Positions 10,301 through 20,729 are shown, counted from the first letter of the stretch. The stretch is 64,000 nucleotides of DNA from an uncultured Gemmatimonadales bacterium (GCA_963850905.1 CAWKMU010000003.1:1248001-1312000), one strand, 5' to 3'. The notes: generated by a model from the sequence alone, not told the origin. Numbers and translations are program-made.

Positions 10301-12036
10301 AGATTGCTCATGCTTCCCGACACGCGAATCCCGCCCTCGGCGCTGCCGTACAGCTGTGCCGCCGGCATGAATTTGCCGACGACCCCGAGGTCGACCGGGC
10401 GAAAATCAGCCGTCAGGTCCACGTGGTCCGGCTTGAGGTTGCCTTCCGATGCGTTGCCTCTCCCGCCGCTAACGGCAACCGATCGAGAGAGGGCCGCGGC
10501 CGTGGGCGACGTCACCGGAGCAAACGCGATGTCTCCTGAGGCGACGACGTGCGTCAGCGCGTCGCCATCGCGATGGACGAGGTCGGCGCGCCCTCGCATG
10601 GTCTGCCGTGTCGACCCATCGAGGACTGCCTGACCGGAGATCGTGCCGCCAATCGGCAGTACACGCGCGGCTGACGACGCCAGGGCAACCTGGAGTGGCG
10701 CAAGGGTGATGGTCAGGTTCCGCGCTGCGAATGCCGATCCCACGCCAACCTCGCCGCGAGCCATCACGCGGCTCGGCCCCGCGGCCGAGTCGTCGTACGT
10801 GACGTCGGCGTCGACTCTCAGGCCAGACAAGGGGCCGGCCAGCGTGCCGTGCCCGGAAATCGTACCGCGGCGCGGAATCTGAAGTGACGGCGCGAGTTGT
10901 TGCACGAGTCGCGTGTCGATCCCGGAGACCTGTAGCTGTGTGGAGTGGAATGCAATCGAGTCGCCGATCGCGAGACCGATGGTGCCGGTGGCGCGTCCGG
11001 TGCCACTCTGCACCGTCAGATCGCGCACCATGAAGTCCTGGTGTTTTCCATGTTGGGTCAGGTCAACGTTCGCGCTGAGCTCTCCAGCCTCCGGGACTTG
11101 CGGGTCGAGGAAGCGGAGGTCGCGAAGCGCCGCCGTCTGCGCGTGGATGGCAGCGTGTACGTCGCCAGATGCGAGCTGATACGCCCCAGCAGCGGTGATA
11201 TGGGACGACGGGAGGCTAATGCGGGCGTCGTGCCACCACAGGGAGTCCGCATCGAGCCAGAAGGTGCCGGCGAGGTCGTAGATCAGTGCGTCGGGTGGAC
11301 GGAAGATGGCGACGTCACCTCGTAACGCGGCGACTTCAAAAACCTTCACGGGGCTTGCCGGGTCGGCGAGGCGAACGCTCGGTGCCGAGACGGTCAAATC
11401 GTGCACCGCGATGGCCTTCTCGAATCCACCGGGGACGGATTCCACCACGTTTCGCGAGTTGGCGCTTGTCGCAACGGCGATGGCACTGTCGCGGGCGACA
11501 CCTCGCAACGTGGAGTCGGGGTGCCAGGGCGTTCGTACAGTGAGATCCCCGTTGGTCAGGAACACATTGGCGAGGCTGATAGCAGTTCCGAAACCGGCAT
11601 GGGAACTGGATGGAGCTCCAGAGGACGGGAAGATCCGTCGGTAGTTCCAGGCGCCGTCTTGCGACTCGGCCAGGACAATGACAGGGCGGTCGATTCGTAC
11701 GTCCGTGAATGCCAATCGCTCTTTCAAGATGTCGATGAGTCGGTAGCGGACTTCGGCGCGTTGCACCCTGATGAACGGTGCACCACTGCTGTCGCTGATG
11801 GAGAGGTTGGTCAGCACGACATGGGTGAGCAGATCGCCTTCGACACTGCCCAGCGCCACGATTCCATGCACGGGCCCACGCATCGCGTCGAGCGCGATAC
11901 GCTGCACTTGCCTGTGCCCCCAGGAGGAGTTGGTGAGCACAATAATGGCCACCGCGATGAGGCACACGACGGCGCCGATGACGGCGGCCAACGCGGCGAG
12001 GATCCGCCCAGCAATGCGTGCCGCCGTCGATCGCAT
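7344..12036 (-). CDS. tamB: TamB-like translocation/assembly module protein, +1 frameshift near 8340
   Basis: N-terminal TM anchor, long beta-rich body (ORF 7876..12036); DUF490-like C-terminus (YRFLGKRF, GKYLTPRTFV) in ORF 7344..8381; directly follows Omp85 gene. Confidence 0.85.
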
Positions 12037-14361
12037 CTAGAACGCCTGCCCGACCGACAGGTTCAGTTGGAACCGATACAGCAGCCCTTGGGGCGAATAG
12101 CTGCGCAGAGCTGCTGCTGCTGGCGAGCCGGGCGGCCCGGTGACCGTGACAATCTCCCCCGTGGGCGTCTCAGTGAGGACCTCGAGTGGACACGTCGTGA
12201 GCGGATTGAGTCCAAGATCGAGCCGGATCGGCCCGATTATCGACATGTAGCGCAGGCCCGCGCCGGGAGTGATGGCACTGGCTCCGCACGTGGCCTTCAG
12301 CACGGTGCTTTGGCCGACCATCCCGCCGTCGACGAATACGGTACCGCCAAGGGCCTTGTAGATCGGGAACCGGTATTCGACAGTCCCTTCCAGCAACCAA
12401 TAGCCGCCCAGTGCTTGTGGCGTGAAATCGCTGTTATTGAGGTACGGGACGCCGTTCACGCGGCACTGTTGGATCGGGATGTTGGTCGGGCATTCGTTCT
12501 GCGTCCCACGCAATACGTTCGGGGGGATCGTGAGCACCTGCGGACCGAGCTGGTTCTCGCCAAACCCGCGCACCGACGACGCTCCCCCGGCATAGAAACG
12601 AACCGAAGGATGCAGCACCTTGCCCGACGTGTCGCCGGAGATCCCGTGACCGAGAGGGTTGACGAAGCCGGCACGAGCATTGAAGGCGATGACCGATCGA
12701 TAGACGGGGCGGAAGAGCGATCCCGTCACGTACAGCCGATCGTACAGGTAGTCCGACAAAGTGTATTGCGACGCGTAGTCGAACTCGCTGTGGAGAACGA
12801 AGCCGGCGGTCGGGTTGATCGCATCGTTCGTGCGGTCGATTTCCGCGCCGACGAGAACGGGTGAGCGACGGGAGCGTGACAGGAGTGCGTCACGGGTGGC
12901 CTCGTCGCAGACGCTGTAATCCACACAGAAATAGGCGTCTCCCGCCGTGACGTGGGACACCTCGTAGCGGTAGCCGATGGTCAGTGGCGCACGCGGCGCG
13001 AGATCGTGCTTGAAGGCGATGTTGGCGCCGGCACCCTGATCGATGAAGACCCCCGGCGCCAGCCGCCGATGTGCATTGATGCCCAACGTGAGTGAGTTCT
13101 CGGCCCCTAGAAACCACGGCTGCGTCACGTTCGCGCCGAGCAGCCAGGTCGGCGATAGGAATGGCTCCAGGTCGGTGCCGGGAGCCACGAGTTTGTAGCC
13201 GTTGTTGAACACGCCATACAAGGCGTGGGCGAAGAGATTGCCAAGCGCGCCGTCCAGGACGAGCACGCGGGCACCGCCGACCCAGTTGTAGTTAGTAAAG
13301 CGGCTCGAGAACGAGAAGAAGTCGGCGGTCGTGAATCCGGCGCCCGCGCTCGTTTCTCGCGTCGGTCCCTCTAACACCGTCACCACGGCCTCTTTCGCAC
13401 TGTCTGGCTTCCCGGTCGTCGTGTCCACGGTGACCCGGGCGCTGCGAAAGAGATTGGTTTGAAAGAGCGCTCGCTGGCTCGCCTCGACGTCGTTGCGCAA
13501 GAACAGGCTGTTGGACCGCAAAGGGATCGCGTGCCGAATCGTTTGCGCGCTGATGTTTTGGTTGCCTCTCACGATGACCGTGTCGACCGTGGTGCGGCGA
13601 TGGGGCGTCATAGTAATGGTCACGGTGGCGCTGCCGGCGCTGATGTGGCCCTCAGCTGCCAATGCGCGTGAGACAGAATCATCCGGCGGCTGACCCGAGA
13701 GGCGCACCGTCGTATCGACTGTTGCATCCGCGTTGCCTCGAGCCCAGAGACGCTCCCGAAGGGCTACCGCGCTCGTATCCAGTTTGTTCAGGTCTAGCGG
13801 GTCCCCCACCCGCACGCGCACGAGGCGCTGCAACATACGGAGCACGAACAACGTCTCTGGCGTCACCGTCACCGACGTCACGCGCGTCGCCGGCCCCTCA
13901 TGGATCATGAACGTCACTCGCGCGGTCCGGCCGCGCGGCGGGGTGATGGCGGTGTCGACGGAGGCGAGGCGATAGCCGCGAAGCCAGTACAGGACGCGGA
14001 TCCGAATCACATCTCGCTTGAGCTCGTCGCGATCGAGATAGAACCGTTGGTAAAAGTAGGGCGCCTTGGAAATCAGGCAGAAGGGCCAGAGGAGGACACC
14101 GCGACAACGCGAGGCGGTCGTGGTGATGCTGTTTTGGATCTCGCCCGCGGTGACCGCGTGCGCACCCTCAATGACAACGCCCAGCACCTCGGGTCTGGCC
14201 CGGCGGCCGACGAGCGTGTCAGACGCCGCTCGCGTGACTGCACGAGCGGCACCGAAAACGCCGCCAGCTGTATCACCGGGCAGCCGAGTGCCGAGTCCTG
14301 CGGCGGGCCGCGCCCACAACAGCGCGCCTGCCGCAAATGTCGCGAGCCAGGCCGGCTGCAT
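12037..14361 (-). CDS. BamA/TamA (Omp85) family outer-membrane protein
   Basis: POTRA-like repeats, RFYAGGASSVRGF, GPIRLDLG, terminal GQAF. Confidence 0.9.
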   Translation of the reverse strand: MQPAWLATFAAGALLWARPAAGLGTRLPGDTAGGVFGAARAVTRAASDTLVGRRARPEVLGVVIEGAHAVTAGEIQNSITTTASRCRGVLLWPFCLISKAPYFYQRFYLDRDELKRDVIRIRVLYWLRGYRLASVDTAITPPRGRTARVTFMIHEGPATRVTSVTVTPETLFVLRMLQRLVRVRVGDPLDLNKLDTSAVALRERLWARGNADATVDTTVRLSGQPPDDSVSRALAAEGHISAGSATVTITMTPHRRTTVDTVIVRGNQNISAQTIRHAIPLRSNSLFLRNDVEASQRALFQTNLFRSARVTVDTTTGKPDSAKEAVVTVLEGPTRETSAGAGFTTADFFSFSSRFTNYNWVGGARVLVLDGALGNLFAHALYGVFNNGYKLVAPGTDLEPFLSPTWLLGANVTQPWFLGAENSLTLGINAHRRLAPGVFIDQGAGANIAFKHDLAPRAPLTIGYRYEVSHVTAGDAYFCVDYSVCDEATRDALLSRSRRSPVLVGAEIDRTNDAINPTAGFVLHSEFDYASQYTLSDYLYDRLYVTGSLFRPVYRSVIAFNARAGFVNPLGHGISGDTSGKVLHPSVRFYAGGASSVRGFGENQLGPQVLTIPPNVLRGTQNECPTNIPIQQCRVNGVPYLNNSDFTPQALGGYWLLEGTVEYRFPIYKALGGTVFVDGGMVGQSTVLKATCGASAITPGAGLRYMSIIGPIRLDLGLNPLTTCPLEVLTETPTGEIVTVTGPPGSPAAAALRSYSPQGLLYRFQLNLSVGQAF

Positions 14362-14409
14362 CGGTTGAGGTTAATGGCAAGCGCTGGGCCGGGCGATAGG
14401 GCGGTAAAT

Positions 14410-14537
14410 GCGGGATCAGGGATCAGGGGTCAGGGGTCAGGGATACAACAAATCGAGAGGGCCAGTCTTAGCGCACCGTGACTGGCCCTCCCGATTTGTT
14501 GTATCCCTGACCCCTGATCCCTGGCCCCTGATCCCGC
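14410..14537. repeat. Long near-perfect hairpin with heptamer arms (GGGATCA/GGGGTCA) and GAGGGCCAGT/ACTGGCCCTC core
   Basis: Inverted repeat of roughly 57 bp per arm between rho and the Omp85 gene. Confidence 0.9.
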
Positions 14538-14550
14538 TGTTGAGGCTCTC

Positions 14551-16191
14551 TTATAGACCAGACAACAACGCGTCGTTACTCGGGGTCGCCGCAATGCGCT
14601 TGATCAGCCACTCCATGGCCGACTGCGGAGGCATCTGTTGGAGACCACGGCGCAAGGTATAGACGCCGTCGAGTTGGTCCGGTCGGAAGAGCTTGTCCTC
14701 GCGTCGCGTGCCACTCGTGGCGATATCGATCGCAGGATAGATCCGCTTCTCCGCCAGGCTCCGGTCGAGCTTGATCTCGCAGTTACCCGTGCCCTTGAAC
14801 TCTTCGAAGATCACGTCGTCCATCCGCGACCCAGTTTCCACCAGCGCCGTCGCGATGATCGTGAGTGATCCGCCGCCCGCGTTGGGTGCGACCGAGCGGG
14901 CCGAGCCGAAGAATGCCTTGGGCTTGGCCATCGCCGTCGCGTCGAGTCCTCCCGACAGGGTCCGGCCGGTCCCGCGCTCAACGGTGTTGTGGGCACGAGC
15001 CAGACGGGTGATGGAGTCGAGCACGATGACGACGTCCTTGCCCATCTCGACCAGACGGCGGGCACGCTCGAGCACCATCTCCGCGACGTCGGTGTGTCGC
15101 TCGGCCGGCATGTCGAAGCTCGATGCCACCACCTCGCCGTACCCCCACGTGATCATCTCGCTGACTTCTTCAGGACGCTCGTCGACGAGCAGCACGAGCA
15201 GTACTGCGTTCGGATGATTTAGCACGACGCCTTCGGTGATCGCTTGGAGCAGCATCGTCTTGCCCGCACGGGAGGGCGCGACAATCAGCGCACGCTGGCC
15301 GTAGCCGACGGGGGCAATCAAGTCGATCGCCCTGCGGGTCAACTCGGGTCCGGCTTTGGCCGGCCGGCCGGTCTCGAGAGTGAGCTTCCGCTCGGGATAT
15401 GACGCCGTGAGGGCGCTGAAATCGGGGCGTCGGGCCGCGAGTGCCGGATCCTCACCGTTGATCTGAAGGACGTCGACCAGCGTAACGCGCCCACGTTGAT
15501 CCCGACCGACCGTCGCCGATACGGCATCGCCACGTCGCAGCGCGTACTGGCGTACGAGGTGCGTCGGCACATACGGGTCACCGGCCTCGGCGAGGTAGCT
15601 GGCGGATGGACGACGCACATAACCGCCATCGCGCGCGGCATCGAACCATCCCGCCGTCTCGCCGTCCGCGACGATGGGGACCGGTGGCCCATGCTGTTGC
15701 TGCTGCTGGGCGGCATGCTCGCGGTGTGGCCCGCGGCCGCGATGTCGCCGGCTGTTGCGTCCGTGGCCCTGGCGTCGGCCGTTGTTGTGGCCCCCCTGCG
15801 GCATCTGACCGCCGGATCCGCCGCCCTGTGCATTGGGGCGGCCGGGTCCACCGCCATGACGCCTGAATGGGACGCCATCGTTGGATGCGGGAGCTGGCGT
15901 CGTTGGCAGCGACGCGGCGGGGGGTGGGGTCTCGTCGGGCGCACGCGCGGGCGCGCTCTCGTCATTGCTCTGTTCGGCGCCGAACGAGGCGGCGGGTGGA
16001 CTCGTGTCCGGTTCTCGGACACTGTCGGCAACCGGGGCGAGCGACTCACGAGGAGCTGCTATCTCGACTTCTTCGATGGCAGCATCGCGGTACGGATTCG
16101 CCTCGCCGGCCGCATCTGCGAGGGGGTCGGCGGGAGGCCCAAACGGGCGAGGGCCACGGCCGCGACAATGGGGACGTCGGCGTTCGTTCAT
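14551..16191 (-). CDS. rho: Transcription termination factor Rho with long low-complexity N-terminal extension
   Basis: GYGQRALIVAPSRAGKT, LVDERPEEV, DSITRLARAHN, FEEFKGTGN. Confidence 0.96.
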   Translation of the reverse strand: MNERRRPHCRGRGPRPFGPPADPLADAAGEANPYRDAAIEEVEIAAPRESLAPVADSVREPDTSPPAASFGAEQSNDESAPARAPDETPPPAASLPTTPAPASNDGVPFRRHGGGPGRPNAQGGGSGGQMPQGGHNNGRRQGHGRNSRRHRGRGPHREHAAQQQQQHGPPVPIVADGETAGWFDAARDGGYVRRPSASYLAEAGDPYVPTHLVRQYALRRGDAVSATVGRDQRGRVTLVDVLQINGEDPALAARRPDFSALTASYPERKLTLETGRPAKAGPELTRRAIDLIAPVGYGQRALIVAPSRAGKTMLLQAITEGVVLNHPNAVLLVLLVDERPEEVSEMITWGYGEVVASSFDMPAERHTDVAEMVLERARRLVEMGKDVVIVLDSITRLARAHNTVERGTGRTLSGGLDATAMAKPKAFFGSARSVAPNAGGGSLTIIATALVETGSRMDDVIFEEFKGTGNCEIKLDRSLAEKRIYPAIDIATSGTRREDKLFRPDQLDGVYTLRRGLQQMPPQSAMEWLIKRIAATPSNDALLSGL

Positions 16192-16369
16192 CTATTGGAG
16201 GTGACTATGTGGACGTGCGCAGTCCGCGCTAATTCTGCTGCTTCAGCTCCCGTTCGACGGGGGCGCGGATCGGCCACGCGCACGCGGCAAGCTACATGCA
16301 AAACGCATCGCCGCGTCAAACGTACAACTCCCAGAAGATCGCGTGTGCGCCGCGATTGCGCAAGGTGGC

Positions 16370-16630
16370 TCACGTATTGGCCGCGGAACGCGTGGCAACA
16401 TCCATTTGCCGGAGGAGCGCGACCGTCCGCCGGCAGAGGTCGACCATACGCCCGACCGCCGCTTGATGTTCCGGTGCGAGTGGCTCGAGCGCCAACAGCT
16501 GGGCCTCGGCCATCAGCGCCGCCAACGGATTACTGATCTCGTGACGCAACTCGAGTGCGACGGCGCCCACGGCGGCCAATTGCTCCGGCGAGTATTTTTT
16601 TCGTGCACCCAGCTCTCGAGCGTCACCCAT
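16370..16630 (-). CDS. Stand-alone HisKA-like (dimerisation/phosphoacceptor) small protein
   Basis: H-box-like LRHEISNPLAAL; strong GGAGGAGGG SD on minus strand about 10 nt upstream. Confidence 0.7.
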   Translation of the reverse strand: MGDARELGARKKYSPEQLAAVGAVALELRHEISNPLAALMAEAQLLALEPLAPEHQAAVGRMVDLCRRTVALLRQMDVATRSAANT

Positions 16631-17246
16631 GGCTACGCACTCTCCCTCCTCCGATTGGACAGCGCCGATCTCCTTTGAGATCGCGCTTGATGCACTCCTG
16701 CGCGACTATCATGTCACCGGCCACACGGCGGAGCTGCACGCGCGTCTTGCGACACTGATGGACACGGGTACGCCACACGCGTTGATGCTCGCGGCCGAGC
16801 GGTACCGCGACATCCTGGAGATCGCGGGGCCTCTGTACGAACGTGTCGTCGAGAAAGACCCGACCAATGTGCGCGCAATAATCGGGCTCGCCAACGCGTA
16901 TTGGCTCACTGGCCGTGGTCCCGAAGTGGTTGGCGCACTCGCCGATCGGGCCAAAGCTGTCGATCCGCGCAGTCGTGCCGCGTGGCATTTGTGGGCTTTG
17001 ACCGAATCCAACCCCCGCCGTCGAGTCGACCGATGGCGACGCGTGTGTGACGAGTTTTCCGACGACGATCTGGCACGAGCAAACCTCGCTGACAATGCCG
17101 CCAGCCTAGCGGGTGCAGAGGACGACCCCGCTGCACTCCAGCTGGCACTCGAGACGTATGCGGATCTCCGCAGCCGCGCGACGGAGCCGGCCCAAGTTGC
17201 GGCACTGGACCAGGCTCTGGTGACGCTCCGGCAGTGGAAGGTGTGA
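16629..17246 (+). CDS. TPR-like helical hypothetical protein
   Basis: LYERVVEKDPTNVRAIIGLANAYW and AKAVDPRSRAAW TPR-like segments; start uncertain (internal ATG near 16758). Confidence 0.65.
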   Translation: MATHSPSSDWTAPISFEIALDALLRDYHVTGHTAELHARLATLMDTGTPHALMLAAERYRDILEIAGPLYERVVEKDPTNVRAIIGLANAYWLTGRGPEVVGALADRAKAVDPRSRAAWHLWALTESNPRRRVDRWRRVCDEFSDDDLARANLADNAASLAGAEDDPAALQLALETYADLRSRATEPAQVAALDQALVTLRQWKV

Positions 17247-17339
17247 CGCGAAAGCTCCTCTGTCACCCGTAACGCCTTGCAGCGCGATACGCGGGTCGCG
17301 GCCGACGACCGGCGCGCACTGCGCCAAGGCGAGCGGGCC

Positions 17340-17771
17340 CTACGCTGACTCCGATGCTTGCTGACCGGGGCACATCGTCGCCACGGCGGCCAGCACATCC
17401 TCGAGCTTGAATGGTTTGCGCAAGAGCGGGCACTGACAATCGTCAATGAGTGCCTGGGCCCGCTCGGTGACGTCGCCCGTGATGAACAGCGTTTGGCGAC
17501 GCAGGTGCGGCTGTAATGAGACGGCGAGATGGAACAGGACGTCACCGCGCACGTCAGGTATGCGCAGGTCGAGCACGAGTACATCGTAGTGGTCGCCCTG
17601 CAACATCGCGTGCGCGCTCTCGCCCGAATGTGCGGACGCAGCGTCGTAGCCGCCCCGCGAAAGCGCAATGGTGAGCGCGCGGCAGATGGAGGGCTCATCG
17701 TCGACGATGAGCACGCGGCGCCGCTGTGGCAGCGGCAGCGCCCGAATCCAGCCGTTCGACAGTGACTTCAT
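17340..17771 (-). CDS. Single-domain response regulator (receiver)
   Basis: VLIVDDE, VLVLDLRIP, FITG, LRKPF. Confidence 0.88.
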   Translation of the reverse strand: MKSLSNGWIRALPLPQRRRVLIVDDEPSICRALTIALSRGGYDAASAHSGESAHAMLQGDHYDVLVLDLRIPDVRGDVLFHLAVSLQPHLRRQTLFITGDVTERAQALIDDCQCPLLRKPFKLEDVLAAVATMCPGQQASESA

Positions 17772-17865
17772 CCGCCCCTACGTGACTCCATGCTCTACAG
17801 TGTGCTCACGGCGCGCCCATCGCAATTGCCGCGGCTCACCGCCCCAAACCTACACACAAAAATCG

Positions 17866-18960
17866 CTACGGCGAGGGTGGCGTCTTCTTCGTCACCCACT
17901 GCGTCGCCGAACCGCTTGCGGCGGGCCGGTTGGCAACCCCCGGATCGGCTCTCCCGGTCGGATCGGTCGGCACTCCGACGACGGCTGCCTCGTCCGGGAC
18001 GACCACCACCGACGGTGGCGCGGCAACCGGCCCATCGCCCCGCCAACCACGGGAGTCTGAGTGGGCGACGAGGCCCACCTCCCTGTCCAGCGCGAGCGCC
18101 GCGCGATTCGCCGCTCGAAATGGTGCGGTCGATGCCAGGCCTACGTCGTCCGCGATGGTCGGCGCGAGCCACTGCGCCAGCGCAGACACCAGCTCCGAGG
18201 GGCGCATCAGCCGGCGGACGGCGCGCGGCGTGGCGCCCACGGCGCCGCGCATATGCTTAGTCAACATGCGGGGTGCGCTATAGCCAACCTTCTTCGCGAT
18301 CGCCTCGAGTGACTGACGCGGGTCCCGGGCGTACGCGTACGCCTGCAGGAGCCGAGCGGCAACGATGACGGCGCGAGGGGAGCGCAGACCCGCTCGCTCC
18401 AGGTGCCGATACGTCGTCCGCACGGTCGCCCGCGCCGCACGAGCGAGGTCCGCGACGTCACGAAACTCGGTTGGTCGCTGCACCAGCCGCTCGATCGCCC
18501 GCGCAAGCGACGGCGGAAGCGTCGCCAGCCTGGGCGCCAGCTCCTCGAGGAGCGCAGCGGTCAAAGACGTGCCCGGTTGACGTTCGAGCAGTTCGAGAAA
18601 GCGGCGCGGCTCGTCATCATAGCGGTGCAGCACGACGTGGTGGACGGCATGATGCGCGCTATGTCGGGCCAGCTCGGCGATCGCTTGAAAGCTCACGGGC
18701 GAGACGGGGGTGTATACCACGACGGGCAGTGTCAGCCGCGACTCGAGCAGGGCCGCCAGAGCCGTGGCGCGACCGACCCCATCTGCACAGGGATCGACGA
18801 CGACGATATCGGCAGCGCCCCGACGAAGCGCATCGGCGAATACGTCCCACCGCTCAATTCCCGTCAGTGAATAGCCGCTATTCCCCGACAGCACCACGCG
18901 GAGGTGCGAGAGCAACGGAGGCGGGAGGTAGGCCAAAACCTCGAGGCTGCCTGGGCGCAC
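17866..18960 (-). CDS. AraC-type HTH regulator with receiver-like N-terminus
   Basis: DVADLARAARATVRTTYRHL and LEAIAKKVGYSAPRMLTKHMR double HTH; DIVVVDP..LPVVVYT receiver-like; GTG 18960 assumed start. Confidence 0.75.
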   Translation of the reverse strand: MRPGSLEVLAYLPPPLLSHLRVVLSGNSGYSLTGIERWDVFADALRRGAADIVVVDPCADGVGRATALAALLESRLTLPVVVYTPVSPVSFQAIAELARHSAHHAVHHVVLHRYDDEPRRFLELLERQPGTSLTAALLEELAPRLATLPPSLARAIERLVQRPTEFRDVADLARAARATVRTTYRHLERAGLRSPRAVIVAARLLQAYAYARDPRQSLEAIAKKVGYSAPRMLTKHMRGAVGATPRAVRRLMRPSELVSALAQWLAPTIADDVGLASTAPFRAANRAALALDREVGLVAHSDSRGWRGDGPVAAPPSVVVVPDEAAVVGVPTDPTGRADPGVANRPAASGSATQWVTKKTPPSP

Positions 18961-19079
18961 TGGCAAGAATATGTACGATCCTGGCAGAAAATGCACCTTT
19001 TGGCCGTCCCAAGGGAACATACGTTCTTCTCGTTACTGCAGCGCTCGCATCACTCATCCCCCTGCTAGCGGAGGAGAGC

Positions 19080-19199
19080 ATGTCCCGCCGTATCACCATC
19101 GCTGTGTTGACCGTGCTCGCTGCGGCCATGGCCGCGTGCGCATCGCCGACAGCGCCCGCGAATGTTTGCCGGCCGGGCGTCACGGTCGGACCCTGCTGA
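19080..19199 (+). CDS. 39-aa small lipoprotein/lipopeptide precursor MSRRITIAVLTVLAAAMAAC-ASPTAPANVCRPGVTVGPC
   Basis: GGAGGAG SD just upstream, basic N-terminus, hydrophobic h-region, lipobox MAAC, downstream terminator. Confidence 0.75.
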   Translation: MSRRITIAVLTVLAAAMAACASPTAPANVCRPGVTVGPC

Positions 19200-19237
19200 T
19201 CGACGGCTCGACGGGACCCGTCGGGCGCTTTGGTCAC

Positions 19238-19277
19238 AAAAAGAAGCCGGGGAACCACTGTGGTTCCTCGGCTTTTG
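19238..19277. terminator. Bidirectional intrinsic terminator
   Basis: aagccggggaacca-ctg-tggttcctcggctt flanked by A-run and T-run between convergent genes. Confidence 0.8.
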
Positions 19278-19306
19278 GGCTTATGGGGCAGTCGGCGTCG
19301 CCGTCG

Positions 19307-20542
19307 CTATAGGGCCGCCAACTCGCGCATCGCGGCGACCGCATCGACAATGTCTCGAATAGCTGGTACGTCTCGAGGCGTCCGTCGCTGAGCGGCGAGG
19401 CGTTGCGCCACCGCGTGCTTGAGATCCTCGGTCTGAAATAGCAGTTGGTTCAATGCGTGGCGCTCGGCCAGCTCGACCGCGCGCGTGAGCGAGTTCCCGG
19501 CCTCCGCGTATTTCCCAAATGCACAATGCGCGAGTGCCGAGTGGTAGTGATACTGCGCGCGCAGATACGGCGGCAGCGCCTCGTCCAATAGCTCGAAGCG
19601 ATAGCGATCCACGAGCGGCTCGTTCATCTGCAGAGCGCCGACCTCCATCAAGTTGATCATCGCTGCCCAGCGGACATACTGCTCGGCGCCCGTCGCTGCC
19701 ACGATCAGGAACGCATCGCGGGCCGCGTCGAGGGCTCCGAGCTGTGTCAACGCCGTCGCGAGGTCGCTCAAGATGCGGTCGCGAGAGCACAAGCTGTGCG
19801 TCAACCGGAGCGCGTCGTATAGGTGACGCGCGGCCGCCTCGTGCTGACCCCGGGCAATCGCCACGACGGCACGCCCGTGCCGCGCAATCGACCCGACATC
19901 ATCGAAGCCCTTCGCGGTCGCTGCCTCGATCGCTTCGTCAAGGATGGATTCTGCCAGCGGCAGATTGCCGCGCGCCAGAGCCAACGTTCCCTCGCCGACG
20001 CGGGCGTGCAGCACCTTCACGGGATCGCCGGCCGCCGTTCCCGTTCGCTTGGCACGATCGTATGACGAGGCCGCTTCGTCGAAGCGGCCAATCACTCGGT
20101 AGCAATGCGCGAGACGCATCCGCGCGTCGATCACCAGGTGCGGATCGAGCGTCGTCGGCGTGTGCCGGAGCGTGCTTTCGTACACGTCGATCGCCTGCGG
20201 CCAACGTGCGTCGTGATCCAGGCATCGACCGTACGCCATCAGTCGAGGCGCAAGTGGTCGGATATCGGGCGTGTGCGCGCTTTCGACGGTGTCGACAATG
20301 CTGGTCAGGATCGACCGCGCGGCCTGGTCACGCGGGATGGTGTCGATTGCGCCGCGCACGCCCTGGATGCCCCACACCGACACCTGCGGCGCTTCCGACC
20401 CCTCGCTGAGCCACCCATCGACCATCCGCAGCACCATGAGCCCAGCACTGGTCGCCGGCCACTCCGCGTCTGTCTCGGAGAGGCCCCCCAGCGCCTCGAA
20501 AAAGGCGGCGTGTCGCAGTCTGCCGGATGGTCGCTCGATCAC
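19307..20542 (-). CDS. Tetratricopeptide-repeat protein
   Basis: Serial TPR-like helices (LAHCYRVIGRFDEAASSYDRA; LAHCAFGKYAEAGNSLTRA); AGGTGAGG SD before GTG. Confidence 0.8.
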   Translation of the reverse strand: MIERPSGRLRHAAFFEALGGLSETDAEWPATSAGLMVLRMVDGWLSEGSEAPQVSVWGIQGVRGAIDTIPRDQAARSILTSIVDTVESAHTPDIRPLAPRLMAYGRCLDHDARWPQAIDVYESTLRHTPTTLDPHLVIDARMRLAHCYRVIGRFDEAASSYDRAKRTGTAAGDPVKVLHARVGEGTLALARGNLPLAESILDEAIEAATAKGFDDVGSIARHGRAVVAIARGQHEAAARHLYDALRLTHSLCSRDRILSDLATALTQLGALDAARDAFLIVAATGAEQYVRWAAMINLMEVGALQMNEPLVDRYRFELLDEALPPYLRAQYHYHSALAHCAFGKYAEAGNSLTRAVELAERHALNQLLFQTEDLKHAVAQRLAAQRRTPRDVPAIRDIVDAVAAMRELAAL

Positions 20543-20729
20543 TAGTGCCTCACCTAGTGCAGGCTCGTTCTACAGACGACTGGCTGAGTCAGAAAGACAC
20601 CTCTTGCCGATCGGCTGTCCAATTCCGCGACACCATGATCCGTTCGCTCCGTGAACATACGAGCGTTTGAGTCACGTGCCCGTGAGGCGGATCACACAGA
20701 CAGGCTTGGTGTGCGGCCGCGGTGACCGG

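Noticed and set aside
20588..20636. Short minus-strand ORF MVSRNWTADRQEVSF upstream of the TPR gene as a signal peptide
   Set aside because: No export signal and too short to support.
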